A stretch of DNA of 32,000 nucleotides, taken from contig NC_017459.1 of the NCBI RefSeq assembly GCF_000237865.1, positions 660,001-692,000 on the forward strand, written 5' to 3'. The translations under genes were made by a program, and so were the position numbers. The stretch's first letter is position 1. Every line of letters starts with the position of its first letter. Below the pieces are notes generated by a model. The model was not told the origin of the DNA, did not search any database, and worked only from the letters and a program-made list of their open reading frames with translations. The DNA is from Haloquadratum walsbyi C23 (GTDB taxonomy: Archaea > Halobacteriota > Halobacteria > Halobacteriales > Haloferacaceae). Positions 1-8,008 of the stretch are shown here, one piece after another.

Positions 1-219
1 TCGACCAAGTGGATTCATTTTCATCTCAGTTACAAGCTCAATAATGAGTTTCCAATCATCCGCGCAGAAATGCACTGATACAGTTCCAACAATATCGCGC
101 CAAGCGACGGACCCGGCATTTTGCATCAACATAATTGAACGTGGTGGAATATCGACTCGCACGGCTGTATTGGGGTTATCACATAAACAACATGGCTGTG
201 TTGTCCGACCGGTGTACAT
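1..219 (-). CDS. Partial CDS (first 73 codons; continues past window start); product not recognised
   Basis: The reverse frame is open from ATG 219..217 to base 1 (MYTGRTTQPCCLCDNPNTAVRVDIPPRSIMLMQNAGSVAWRDIVGTVSVHFCADDWKLIIELVTEMKMNPLGR...). It is missing from the ORF track because no stop lies in the window. It is divergent from the gene at 308, and internal Met starts (..IMLMQ..) are possible. Confidence 0.35.
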   Translation of the reverse strand, partial: MYTGRTTQPCCLCDNPNTAVRVDIPPRSIMLMQNAGSVAWRDIVGTVSVHFCADDWKLIIELVTEMKMNPLGR

Positions 220-307
220 AGGTTATATACACAATTGAACGATATCTGTTTCTCGTTATATAATTATTATCGGGATATTTAACCTCGCGTCTCTCCGCCC
301 TGTTGAT

Positions 308-1282
308 ATGAAAGCAACTGCACGTGCCCACCCAATACAGGGACTGATTAAATATCATGGAATGCGAGACAGTGACAAACGCTATCCCTACCATGACAGT
401 ATTAGTGTTTGTACAGCACCAAGTGCAACAACAACGACTGTTGAATTCCAATCTGATGCTTCTGGGGACGTGTATATAATAGATAACGAACGTGTTGAGG
501 GGCGAGCAGCAGAACGGATTGATGCTGTTGTAGAGCATGTCCGTGAGCGAACTGGAATTCGGGACCCCGTCCGATTGGTCTCAACAAATTCATTTCCCTC
601 AAATATTGGGTTTGGGTCCTCTTCATCCGGATTTGCCGCGGCAGCAATGGCACTTGTGACCGCTGCTGGAGAAGAACTTACGCATCCAGAAATTTCAACA
701 ATCGCTCGGCGAGGATCATCGTCTGCTGCCCGTGCCGTGACCGGCGCATTTTCACAATTATACTCTGGAATGAACGATACCGATTGTCATGCTGAACGGA
801 TTGAGACCGATCTTGATGCGACCGTTCGAACGGTTGCAGCGCACGTTCCTGCATATAAAGAAACGGAGGAGGCACATCGTGAGGCCGCACAGAGTCATAT
901 GTTTGATGCGCGTTTAGCACACGTCCATCATCAAATTGATGCGATGCGTGATGCACTGTATGATGCTGATTTCGATCGGATATTCGAATTGGCTGAGCAT
1001 GACTCGCTATCATTGACAGCAGCAACGATGACTGGTCCTGCTGGCTGGGTCTATTGGCAGCCACAAACGATTGCAGTGTTCAATACTGTCCGCGAACTCC
1101 GTGAGCGTGAGTCAATCCCGGTTTATTTCTCAACTGACACCGGTGCGAGTGTCTATGTGAATACAACCGCCGCACACGTAGATACTGTTGAATCTGCAAT
1201 TTCCGATATTGGTATTGATACCGATATCTGGACTGTCGGTGGACCAGCAACGGTGCTCTCTGCAAGTGATTCGTTATTTTAA
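308..1282 (+). CDS. mvaD: GHMP-kinase-fold mevalonate-pathway decarboxylase (diphosphomevalonate decarboxylase family; in haloarchaea this family acts as phosphomevalonate decarboxylase)
   Basis: 324-aa ORF. The N-terminus (ARAHPIQGLIKYHGMRD) and the GFGSSSSGFAA phosphate-binding loop are typical of MVD/PMD. Composition is acidic. Confidence 0.85.
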   Translation: MKATARAHPIQGLIKYHGMRDSDKRYPYHDSISVCTAPSATTTTVEFQSDASGDVYIIDNERVEGRAAERIDAVVEHVRERTGIRDPVRLVSTNSFPSNIGFGSSSSGFAAAAMALVTAAGEELTHPEISTIARRGSSSAARAVTGAFSQLYSGMNDTDCHAERIETDLDATVRTVAAHVPAYKETEEAHREAAQSHMFDARLAHVHHQIDAMRDALYDADFDRIFELAEHDSLSLTAATMTGPAGWVYWQPQTIAVFNTVRELRERESIPVYFSTDTGASVYVNTTAAHVDTVESAISDIGIDTDIWTVGGPATVLSASDSLF

Positions 1283-1319
1283 TCCGTCGGGCTATGCCGC
1301 TTGAGGACATCGCATCAAT

Positions 1320-2567
1320 ATGAACGTCACCGTTTTCGGCGCCGGATATGCCGGTGTGACACTTGCTCAGCAGCTTGAATCATCACTTTGTTCAGATATC
1401 GAATTGACCGTTATCGATGATTCTGACACGCATCTGCTCAAACATGAGGTTCATCGTGTTATCCGCCGCCCTCGTGTTGCAGATATTATCGAGGTTCCAC
1501 TTACTACTCTTTTTGACCGCGCGACTGTCCAAACGGCTCACATTCAGGACATTGATATTGAAACACAAACAGCACAGCTCAACACTGGGACGACACACGA
1601 GTATGATTACGGCGCGATTTGCCTTGGCTCTGTTACTGCCGATTATGACATTCCAGGTGTTGCAGAACATGGACTTCCATTGAATACAACTGCAGATGCA
1701 TTAGCAATCCGCACTGCCTTATTTGAAGCCGCAGGTGTCATGTCTACTGCTGATTCCTCCGCAGAGATATCGAATCCTCGCCAGCAGTCACCCTCTGATA
1801 TCAACATTAACCCACAACAATATGATGCAGTACCCACGAACGATACGAGCCCTGTCGACATCGTTGTTGGTGGGGCAGGGTTATCAGGTATACAGACTGC
1901 TGGTGAGCTTGCAGCATTAGCCAACGAAGCCGGTATTCAAACGAATATCACGCTTATTGAGCAGCAGCCGACTGTCGCCCCAAACTTTCCTGAGAACTTC
2001 CAGAGTGCTGTTAGTGATGCACTCAGTGATAACGGTGTGAGAACATCAACAGCAACGATAGTTGAGCGTGCATGCGAGAATATCGTCAAGACCGACACTG
2101 GTGAATTTGACGCTGACATATTTGTCTGGACCGGTGGTATTCGCGGCACTGATGCGATGGATAAGAATCGACCAACGGTCCAGAGTGACCTTCGCGCTGG
2201 GACACGGACATTCATCGTTGGCGATGCTGGTCGCGGAATTGATGCTGACGGTGAGTCGATACCAGCCTCAGCGGCGGCGGCTCTTCGGGAGGCTCGCACT
2301 GTTGCAGACAATCTCTCTCAACTCGTTGAATATGATATCAACGGTGGCGGTGGATTTGAACCGCGTCTAGATCCGTATCGATTTGAAGTTCCAGGATGGA
2401 TTGTCACCATCGGTGATGATACAGTTGCACAATTGGGTCCTGAGGTACTCACTGGATCTGCGGCAAAAGCAATGAAGGCGTCTGTCGGCGCTGGTCATCT
2501 TAGCTCAGTTGGTGCTCTCACTCAGGCTGCAGAGCTTGTTGATGCTGAAATTCGATCTTCAGAATAA
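1320..2567 (+). CDS. FAD-dependent pyridine nucleotide-disulfide oxidoreductase, type II NADH dehydrogenase-like
   Basis: 415-aa ORF with two Rossmann GxGxxG motifs (VFGAGYAG at the N-terminus, VVGGAGLSG near aa 183) and a C-terminal IVGDAG motif. This is an NDH-2-like architecture. Confidence 0.8.
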   Translation: MNVTVFGAGYAGVTLAQQLESSLCSDIELTVIDDSDTHLLKHEVHRVIRRPRVADIIEVPLTTLFDRATVQTAHIQDIDIETQTAQLNTGTTHEYDYGAICLGSVTADYDIPGVAEHGLPLNTTADALAIRTALFEAAGVMSTADSSAEISNPRQQSPSDININPQQYDAVPTNDTSPVDIVVGGAGLSGIQTAGELAALANEAGIQTNITLIEQQPTVAPNFPENFQSAVSDALSDNGVRTSTATIVERACENIVKTDTGEFDADIFVWTGGIRGTDAMDKNRPTVQSDLRAGTRTFIVGDAGRGIDADGESIPASAAAALREARTVADNLSQLVEYDINGGGGFEPRLDPYRFEVPGWIVTIGDDTVAQLGPEVLTGSAAKAMKASVGAGHLSSVGALTQAAELVDAEIRSSE

Positions 2568-2693
2568 AAGACTCTGATCTTATTGTACTCGCATATCTGT
2601 CAGCTGATGAACTATCGACCTCGTTTGTTTCACTAATTTAAATGATTGTTTCGAAGCGTTAATATTCTTACTCCCGCATAAAACAATGTCAGT

Positions 2694-3137
2694 ATGCGCC
2701 TTGCACTAATCGCTCATGATGAGAAGAAGCCCGATATGATTGAATTCGCTCGTAATCGCCAAGATGATCTTAAGAGGTTTGAGTTGATGGCAACCGGAAC
2801 AACTGGCAAACGACTCAAAGAGGCTACAGGACTTCCGATTGAGCGCAAACAGTCAGGTCCGATTGGCGGTGATATGCAGATCGGCTCTGAGATTGCAAGT
2901 GGCACCTGTAGTGGCGTTATCTTCCTTAGAGATCCACTGACTGCACAACCGCACGAGCCAGATATCACTGCACTCCTTCGGCTATGCGATGTTCATGATG
3001 TCCCACTTGCAACAAATCTTGCGAGCGCAGACGCTGTTCTTGATGAGCTCTGTGCTGTCCTCACCGGCGAGAGTGAACTTGAACAGGCAGATGAGGCTGG
3101 TTTTGAGATTGAATCTGAGACGACTGACAGCGTTTGA
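2694..3137 (+). CDS. mgsA: Methylglyoxal synthase
   Basis: 147-aa ORF. It carries the family signatures LIAHDxKK, ATGTTG and PHxPD..[16 protein letters not shown], plus an acidic C-terminal tail. Confidence 0.9.
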   Translation: MRLALIAHDEKKPDMIEFARNRQDDLKRFELMATGTTGKRLKEATGLPIERKQSGPIGGDMQIGSEIASGTCSGVIFLRDPLTAQPHEPDITALLRLCDVHDVPLATNLASADAVLDELCAVLTGESELEQADEAGFEIESETTDSV

Positions 3138-3210
3138 TATCAACACCCAAACGATCCGCAAAATATGCAATCATAGTATATGATTACGACTGCAGATCAA
3201 GTGAGTTCGA

Positions 3211-3240
3211 CATCCTCCGGCGGCTGAAAACGCGGGTATT
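3211..3240 (+). repeat. Degenerate solo IS1341-type right-end hairpin relic
   Basis: The sequence catCCTCCGgcggctgaaaaCGCGGGtatt resembles the (g)aatc-hairpin-terminus pattern seen at 3262-3297, 8461-8491, 9803-9840 and 10441-10475. Confidence 0.3.
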
Positions 3241-3261
3241 ATTCTTGCATTCTATAATATA

Positions 3262-3698
3262 ATTGATATTCTCCTCCGCGTAAACGTGGAGGAATCCTGA
3301 GCGTAAGCATTGGAGATTTCAGGTTTGCAGTTCCACCGAACGGCACGGTGAGAATCCGTGTGGGGTTCACGGACTGTGGCGAGTCGAGTGGGACTGCTGG
3401 GAGTGACACATCTCAGCCCCCGGTACTCCTGTCCTCCATCGTGTTCGGACTCCCGGAGTTGGTTGTGCCTCGGGGAGTGCGGCAGATTTCGACGGACTCG
3501 GAGTTACTTTCTGCGGTGTTTGCAAGCAGTCGGGCACTGCAACTGCATCTGCATCGGTTCAGTATATTATATGAACCGACCGTTCACCTGACTGGTTCCG
3601 ATTACTGTCTGAGTGCTTGGGGCGGACAGGCCGCCATCGTCGGAGTGAGCGGAATCGCCCTATTTTGATCTGATTCCTATCTATAGATAGGCTTGCCT
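3262..3698 (-). mobile_element. Non-autonomous IS200/IS605 (IS1341-type) derivative, PATE/MITE-like, ~437 bp: left end + tnpB 3' remnant (omega-RNA scaffold region) + right end
   Basis: Read on the minus strand, the element ends ...GGATTCCTCCACGTTTACGCGGAGGAGAATATCAAT (hairpin 3272-3293, TCAA(T) terminus at 3262). The left end has a perfect 16-nt palindrome CCTATCTATAGATAGG (3676-3691) preceded by TTGAATTGAT (3708->3699). Inside are tnpB C-terminal relic frames (..ACPP.., DADAVAV.., SNSESVE..GSPNTMEDRSTGG*). It is a paralogue of 9803-10240 and much more GC-rich than its flanks. Confidence 0.6.
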
Positions 3699-3764
3699 AT
3701 CAATTCAATCTCCGGAGTCCCAAATCTCAGCGTGGCTATTGCAGGGTAGATTTCCTCTGGGGTG

Positions 3765-3800
3765 TCGGATTCATCCTGTGGCTGAACCCGCAGGTGTTCT
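3765..3800 (+). repeat. Solo IS1341-type right-end hairpin relic
   Basis: cGGATTCatCCTGTGGctgaacCCGCAGGtg forms a 7-bp stem (3775-3781 with 3788-3794, one G-U pair). It has the same GGATTC-hairpin layout as the other right ends. Confidence 0.35.
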
Positions 3801-4000
3801 GCTTGACCCTGTATACTAAACTACCCTTATTGACTTTGATAGGAAAAGCGCCCAGTTGGGGGTTACACACTCAAAACCGTATTACACAATCACGAGTTGA
3901 TGCCCTCTCAGCGTCCCATATGAAAGTGTGCTTTTGAGAATAAAGGAAGCACATGATGTAGAGGCTCATCATCTCATCTCAGTCCTATCGTTGGAAGAGA

Positions 4001-4489
4001 TCAATCTGCTTGGATTGTGACTGATAATTCTAGTGTGAGCTTAGCACCTGTTGTTAACGCATCAATCATGTCCCGATCAATATCTGCAGCAGCGGTATCA
4101 CCGTCAACAAGCACTGTTCGGTCGTCGGTATATGTGCTTGTGCGGGCAACATGGCTCCGATTATTATCAAAACTCAACTGTGGGCTCCCAGATCCGGTTA
4201 TTTTTTCAGTATGTGTTCCGACTGCCTCAGATTCAACCGTAATCGTTGCTGTTATGATTGCATTTGGGCTTTGACAAGCCTGAATAAATTCAGTGTCAAA
4301 ATCGGAGGGGACTCGATCTGCGTCAATACCAAGAATGCAATCACCAGCGGGTGTGAGCCAATCATCACTTGTCACTTCAAGCGTGCTTGCGTGCCTCGCA
4401 GAAACATTGGTATGACCCTGTGCGTGAATGACCTCTGAGAACTCTTTTGTCTCAGTTGAGTGATTCTTATTCTCCGATTCGGTAGACAT
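4001..4489 (-). CDS. DUF371 domain protein (archaeal conserved hypothetical)
   Basis: 162-aa ORF. From memory, the motif H.NV.ARH.STLEVT.DDWLTPAGDCILGI matches the DUF371/COG2090 family. Acidic. Confidence 0.7.
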   Translation of the reverse strand: MSTESENKNHSTETKEFSEVIHAQGHTNVSARHASTLEVTSDDWLTPAGDCILGIDADRVPSDFDTEFIQACQSPNAIITATITVESEAVGTHTEKITGSGSPQLSFDNNRSHVARTSTYTDDRTVLVDGDTAAADIDRDMIDALTTGAKLTLELSVTIQAD

Positions 4490-4661
4490 TGAATGAATTG
4501 TGTGACCCAGTATATTTAGCAGTTTTTAGACGCTGAGACCCAATCCTCAAGCAACAACGCAACAAAGCGAAGCGCAGGATAGCGGGGATACAGCGTCCTC
4601 ATCATCTCAAATACTATCCTGTTGCAATCCCACAGCCCCACGAACAATACGGTTAGTCTAA

Positions 4662-5290
4662 TACAATGTCTCTGATGTAGCGACAGATAGACACGAAAAC
4701 GAAGCCCACGAAGGCACCGAAGATGAGATTAAAGCCACTGGTACCGGTGTTCACGTTCACGCCCCGAAGAACTGGTGCAGTGCGGACATGAATATTGTCC
4801 AATCGTGTCCTGCGTGTGGGTTCAGGATGGATATAGGTGCAAACGCGCCAATCAACATTTTTCTCGTGGTTTCGAAAAGCGAGGACTGCGAGAGTCCGAA
4901 GCTACGACGCCTGTGGAGACTGCGCTGCCTCTGTTCACAATCACTGGCGCATCAACGTCTGTGGATGGAACATACATTGTGAAGTACCTCGGGGTCAAGC
5001 CCCGAGGCACTCTGCCTGTTAATCTGTAGAAACAGGAATTCACACCCTACTCAACTGCTGATTCGGCTTCCGTGAGAATAGGGTAATTCACCTCATATGA
5101 CCGATTTTGATGCCACCTTTGTTTATATACATATCATAATTCTCCGTGTGAGTCAGTACCACGTACTTGACGCCTTGAGACGGACATATTCGCGACCCTA
5201 CGCTACCAAAGCAATTAAATATCGATGGAATATATGATACAATACCAGAACGCCTCCGGCGTTCAGGCGGAACAGCACGCAGGATGATCG
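4662..5290 (+). mobile_element. Truncated IS1341-type (IS200/IS605) element: tnpB 3' remnant plus right-end region
   Basis: It contains the pseudogene listed next, a perfect 8-bp hairpin at 4987-5007 (CCTCGGGGtcaagCCCCGAGG), and a right-end-like hairpin at 5255-5271 (TCCGGCgttcaGGCGGA) followed by caggatgatcgg. The left boundary is uncertain. Confidence 0.5.
4700..5029 (+). pseudogene. tnpB: tnpB (IS1341-type RNA-guided nuclease) C-terminal fragment, frameshifted
   Basis: One frame reads ..KATGTGVHVHAPKNWCSADMNIVQSCPACGFRMDIGANAPINIF. This matches the TnpB layout G..V..V.P..TS..C, then a CxxCG zinc ribbon, then the D.D.NAA.NI RuvC-III motif. A second frame continues ..SEATTPVETALP..KYLGVKPRG. 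No N-terminal part is present. Confidence 0.55.
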
Positions 5291-5453
5291 GAAATTCTTA
5301 CAGCAGTGTTCGCAGACCTACAGAGGTGCGATCTTCTTTTATTACTCAATCAGGGCTGCATAGTTCATTGAATACAGTATCAACACTGACAATTGTATTC
5401 AATACGCGACCGCCACGGTCCGGAGCGGTGATGGTATCGAGGTTTAATTACGC

Positions 5454-6377
5454 ATGGTAACGAAAAATAGTGTTGTTGAAACACACGATGTAGAGTCACT
5501 CAAAGAATCAGATAATATCAGTCTCACCGATAGTAAACTGGATAATGGGTCAAAGGGACAGCTAATCAAAGTCGCCGGTCAACTCCGTGATCGGCGAAAC
5601 GATCTTAATCAAATGGCCTCAGAACGGGCTTCACTACGCGATGAACTAAATGCGAAAACGCGTGAGAAGGTTGATGAAGCTCAGAAACATCGTGAAAAGC
5701 GCGATGAACTGAATGAACAGGTTCAAGAGCACAAGGACAAGCGAAATGAACTCAATGCAGAAGCCAATGAGTTGTTCGACCAAGTCGAGGAAATGAAAGC
5801 TGAACTTGAACTTGATGAGGGAAAAAATATTGAGGAGCTTGAAGATGAGATTGAGCAACTTGAGTTCCGCCAACAGACTGAGGTCCTTTCTTCGGAAGAT
5901 GAGCGTGAACTTATCGAAAAGATCGAAGACAAACGCGAGCAACTTCAGCAGAAAAAACAGAAAGTCGAAGATAGTGGTGAACTTGACTCACTGAAAGAAC
6001 AAGCGGAGGAAGTCCGCTCAGAAGCTTCTCAGCATCACCAGAAAGTCACCGAGCTCGCTGATAACGCACAAGAACATCATAATCAAATGATTGAGGCGTA
6101 TCGCGAGGCTGATGATATTCGCGATGAAGCTGATGCTATGCACGAGCTTTTTGTTGAGGCACAAGAGACAGCTGATGAACATCATGAGGACTTTGTTCGC
6201 GTGCAAAAGCGCCTTCGTGAACTCGATAAACAAGAAGAGCAAGAACGAGAGGATGAACGCACCGAGGAGCGCGAGGCTGCAAAAGAAGAAGCTGAAGAAA
6301 TCTATCAGAAGTTCAAAGAAGGCGAAACCCTCGATACCGAAGACCTGATGAAACTCCAAAAAACAGGTCTACTCTAA
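5454..6377 (+). CDS. Archaeal coiled-coil protein (COG1340-like), function unknown
   Basis: 307-aa ORF, extremely rich in E/K/D/Q/L with heptad-like repeats throughout. No catalytic motifs were seen. Confidence 0.75.
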   Translation: MVTKNSVVETHDVESLKESDNISLTDSKLDNGSKGQLIKVAGQLRDRRNDLNQMASERASLRDELNAKTREKVDEAQKHREKRDELNEQVQEHKDKRNELNAEANELFDQVEEMKAELELDEGKNIEELEDEIEQLEFRQQTEVLSSEDERELIEKIEDKREQLQQKKQKVEDSGELDSLKEQAEEVRSEASQHHQKVTELADNAQEHHNQMIEAYREADDIRDEADAMHELFVEAQETADEHHEDFVRVQKRLRELDKQEEQEREDERTEEREAAKEEAEEIYQKFKEGETLDTEDLMKLQKTGLL

Positions 6378-6725
6378 AGAACACAGCGAGAGTTCCGCGG
6401 GTCACCCAACCCGTAGTGCGTTATAAATGACGAACTCAAAAGAAATACCCTATCTGTCGGTGCTTCTGAAGTAGACCGATCGCATGGTATATACTGACCA
6501 ACCCCGACCAGAAGAGTTGGGCTCTTCTCCCTGCTCCGCCTATAGAGGTTGATTTTGGATTTATCACTAACCAGGCGACAAGACACTCTTCTTCAGGGAG
6601 CCGCCACGGGCAGCGAGTAAACAGGGTAGTTCACGAGTCTTTATTTTCCTACTATTCATATATAATTCAGATTACGGTCATATTTTGAGGAAAGATAGAT
6701 ACGATGGTACAATAATAACGTACAC

Positions 6726-7835
6726 GTGAGCACGTTAGTCCTCTGTGTCGACCGATCAGATGATGTCGGTCGTGTTTCAGATTTTGAGACTCCTATCGTC
6801 GGATGGGAGGCTGTTCAATCATTAGTGACAGAACTCGGACTCGTTGATCCAGAGGATTCAAGTGTTAATTGTATTCTTGAGGCACTCCGCGTCACTCGGA
6901 AACTCCAAGATGATGATGCCGACCCAACAGTCGCAGTCGTCTCTGGAGGGAGTGGCTCACTTGTCGGTGCTGATCGATCGCTTGCAGCAGAATTAGATAC
7001 GCTCGCTGAGAGATATGATGCAGAGTCAGCGATTGTCGTCATTGACTCTGCGAATGATGAACAGGTTATACCTGTCATTGAAAGTCGAATTCGTGTTGAT
7101 TCGGTTAATCGTGTCGTAGTCAGACAAGCCCACGATATCCAATCAACGTATTACCTTCTTAAACAATTCCTCGCGGATGAGGAACTTCGCACAACAGTGC
7201 TCGTTCCGCTTGGTACGACACTGCTATTTCTCCCTATTCTTCTGATACAATTTCCACCGACTATTGCACTTGCTGGATTGACTGCGCTTCTTGGTGCCGT
7301 ATTATTATACAAGGGACTTGCAATTGATCAGTATCTTGAAGAAGCACCAGAACAGGTTCAGACAGCACTCTATTCCGGTCGTGTCTCAGTTGTGACGTAT
7401 GCGGTTGGTGCTGGACTTGCACTTGTTGGCGTCTTTCTCGGTGCACTTGCAATCCCAACGACGGTCGGTGCTGACTCTGTTATTGTCCAATCAGTGCAAT
7501 TCGTTTATAGTGCTATTCCGTGGCTTGCACTTGCGGCGCTCACTGTTAGCGCTGGTCGCCTGCTTGATGAATTTATTGAGAGCGAGCGTATCACAACACC
7601 ATACTTGAATCTCCCATTTGGGGTTGTTGCGCTCGGATTTGTCGTTCGTGGCTTTGCCGGATGGTTTCTTCAGCGCGAGACTATCCTTACTACTCCAGAA
7701 GTTTTCAATTATGTGATAACACCACAGCAACGACTCGCGACATTCATTATCGTTGGTATTATTATCAGCATTATTGGTGTACGTGTTGCAGCGAGTGTTA
7801 ATAATCAGACAGATGATGACCTTACACAGCATTAA
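6726..7835 (+). CDS. DUF373 family integral membrane protein
   Basis: 369-aa ORF with a GTG start. A soluble N-terminal domain (LVLCVDRSDDVGR...DPEDSSVNCILEALRV, the DUF373 signature from memory) is followed by about 6 hydrophobic helices. Confidence 0.75.
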   Translation: MSTLVLCVDRSDDVGRVSDFETPIVGWEAVQSLVTELGLVDPEDSSVNCILEALRVTRKLQDDDADPTVAVVSGGSGSLVGADRSLAAELDTLAERYDAESAIVVIDSANDEQVIPVIESRIRVDSVNRVVVRQAHDIQSTYYLLKQFLADEELRTTVLVPLGTTLLFLPILLIQFPPTIALAGLTALLGAVLLYKGLAIDQYLEEAPEQVQTALYSGRVSVVTYAVGAGLALVGVFLGALAIPTTVGADSVIVQSVQFVYSAIPWLALAALTVSAGRLLDEFIESERITTPYLNLPFGVVALGFVVRGFAGWFLQRETILTTPEVFNYVITPQQRLATFIIVGIIISIIGVRVAASVNNQTDDDLTQH

Positions 7836-8008
7836 TCATCATATTGCCACTCACTCGAGTGTGAAAATCAGACTCATAGATGGTACAGGCGCAATACCAC
7901 ACCGTGTAGTAGTTAATAAAAGAACTGTGTGCTTAATTAGACATGCATCGGTCAGGGTAGTTCTCTCGCATCGAATTAGTGAATCAGTTCACCCAGAAGT
8001 TTGTTGAA

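Noticed and set aside
3134-3143. Perfect 10-bp palindrome TTGATATCAA spanning the mgsA stop codon. It combines the putative TAM (TTGAT) and the right-end terminus (ATCAA).
   Set aside because: It is too short to separate from chance. No hairpin or element sequence adjoins it, although it could be an unoccupied target site.
3348-3668. 106-aa and 77-aa plus-strand ORFs, plus the similar 164-aa (9717-10211, minus), 148-aa (7989-8435, minus) and 101-aa (8195-8500, minus) ORFs.
   Set aside because: They lie entirely inside the GC-rich IS-derived elements and are Arg/Pro/Cys/Gly-rich and basic, unlike the acidic proteome of every convincing gene here. The two paralogous elements do not conserve them as proteins. 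They are composition artefacts or decayed tnpB frames.
3262-3698. Whether the ~440-nt GC-rich structured elements could be a housekeeping RNA (RNase P RNA, SRP/7S RNA) or a group II intron.
   Set aside because: They are multi-copy (at least three related copies in 7 kb) and bounded by IS200/IS605-type hairpin termini. They carry tnpB relic codons. I could not find universal motifs such as the RNase P CR-I GAGGAAAGUCC or the SRP helix-8 GGAA/AGCA signature, or a domain-V-like intron hairpin.
6510-6528. Perfect 7-bp hairpin AGAAGAGttgggCTCTTCT between the coiled-coil gene and the DUF373 gene, considered as a terminator.
   Set aside because: No adjacent T-run on the coding strand, which is the usual archaeal termination signal, and it lies 130 nt past the stop codon. 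The evidence is insufficient to call it.
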